DNA of 33,271 bases, from contig NC_068999.1 of the NCBI RefSeq assembly GCF_001194135.2, positions 32,258,987 to 32,292,257 on the forward strand. The letters are read 5' to 3'. The position numbers and the translations under genes are program-made. This stretch comes from Octopus bimaculoides. Its lineage: Eukaryota. Every line of letters begins with the position of its first letter. The first letter of the stretch is position 1. Shown piece after piece: positions 33,231-33,271 of the stretch. The notes below the pieces were generated by a model, which was not told where the DNA came from, did no database searches, and saw only the letters and a program-made list of their open reading frames with translations.

Positions 33231-33271
33231 CACTGCCATGTATGTATATATATTATATATATATATATATA

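Noticed and set aside
33169-33271. Repeated atagcactgccatgtatgtatatatattat separated by (TA)n
   Set aside because: Microsatellite-edge duplication at the window end; may be an assembly artefact and cannot be evaluated here.

Overview
AT-rich, microsatellite-dense eukaryotic DNA from a gapped draft assembly. The SINE and RTE repeat content points to a coleoid cephalopod, most likely Octopus (inferred from recognised repeat types, no database search). I found no confident protein-coding host gene; the window reads as intronic or intergenic. Most ORF-track entries are translated microsatellites, N-runs or decayed transposon frames. Decayed mobile elements make up much of the window: several RTE LINE pieces, a CR1 RT C-terminus, a Tx1/L1 RT, a Penelope-like (GIY-YIG) fragment with an inverted terminal copy, a Ty3/Gypsy gag with a PBS, a full-length maT-type Tc1/mariner, hAT (Charlie/Buster-like) fragments and a MITE, and about ten tRNA-derived SINE copies. 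The main unannotated signal is a set of type I hammerhead-ribozyme motifs (CUGANGA...GAAA...UH). Two look essentially intact (2128-2169 minus; 8693-8753 plus), one is near-intact (19950-20007), and several are decayed. They fall into several sequence families, nearly all with a palindromic stem III, and are associated with inverted-repeat structures resembling Penelope pseudo-LTRs. All alignments and folds were done by eye, so boundaries are approximate.
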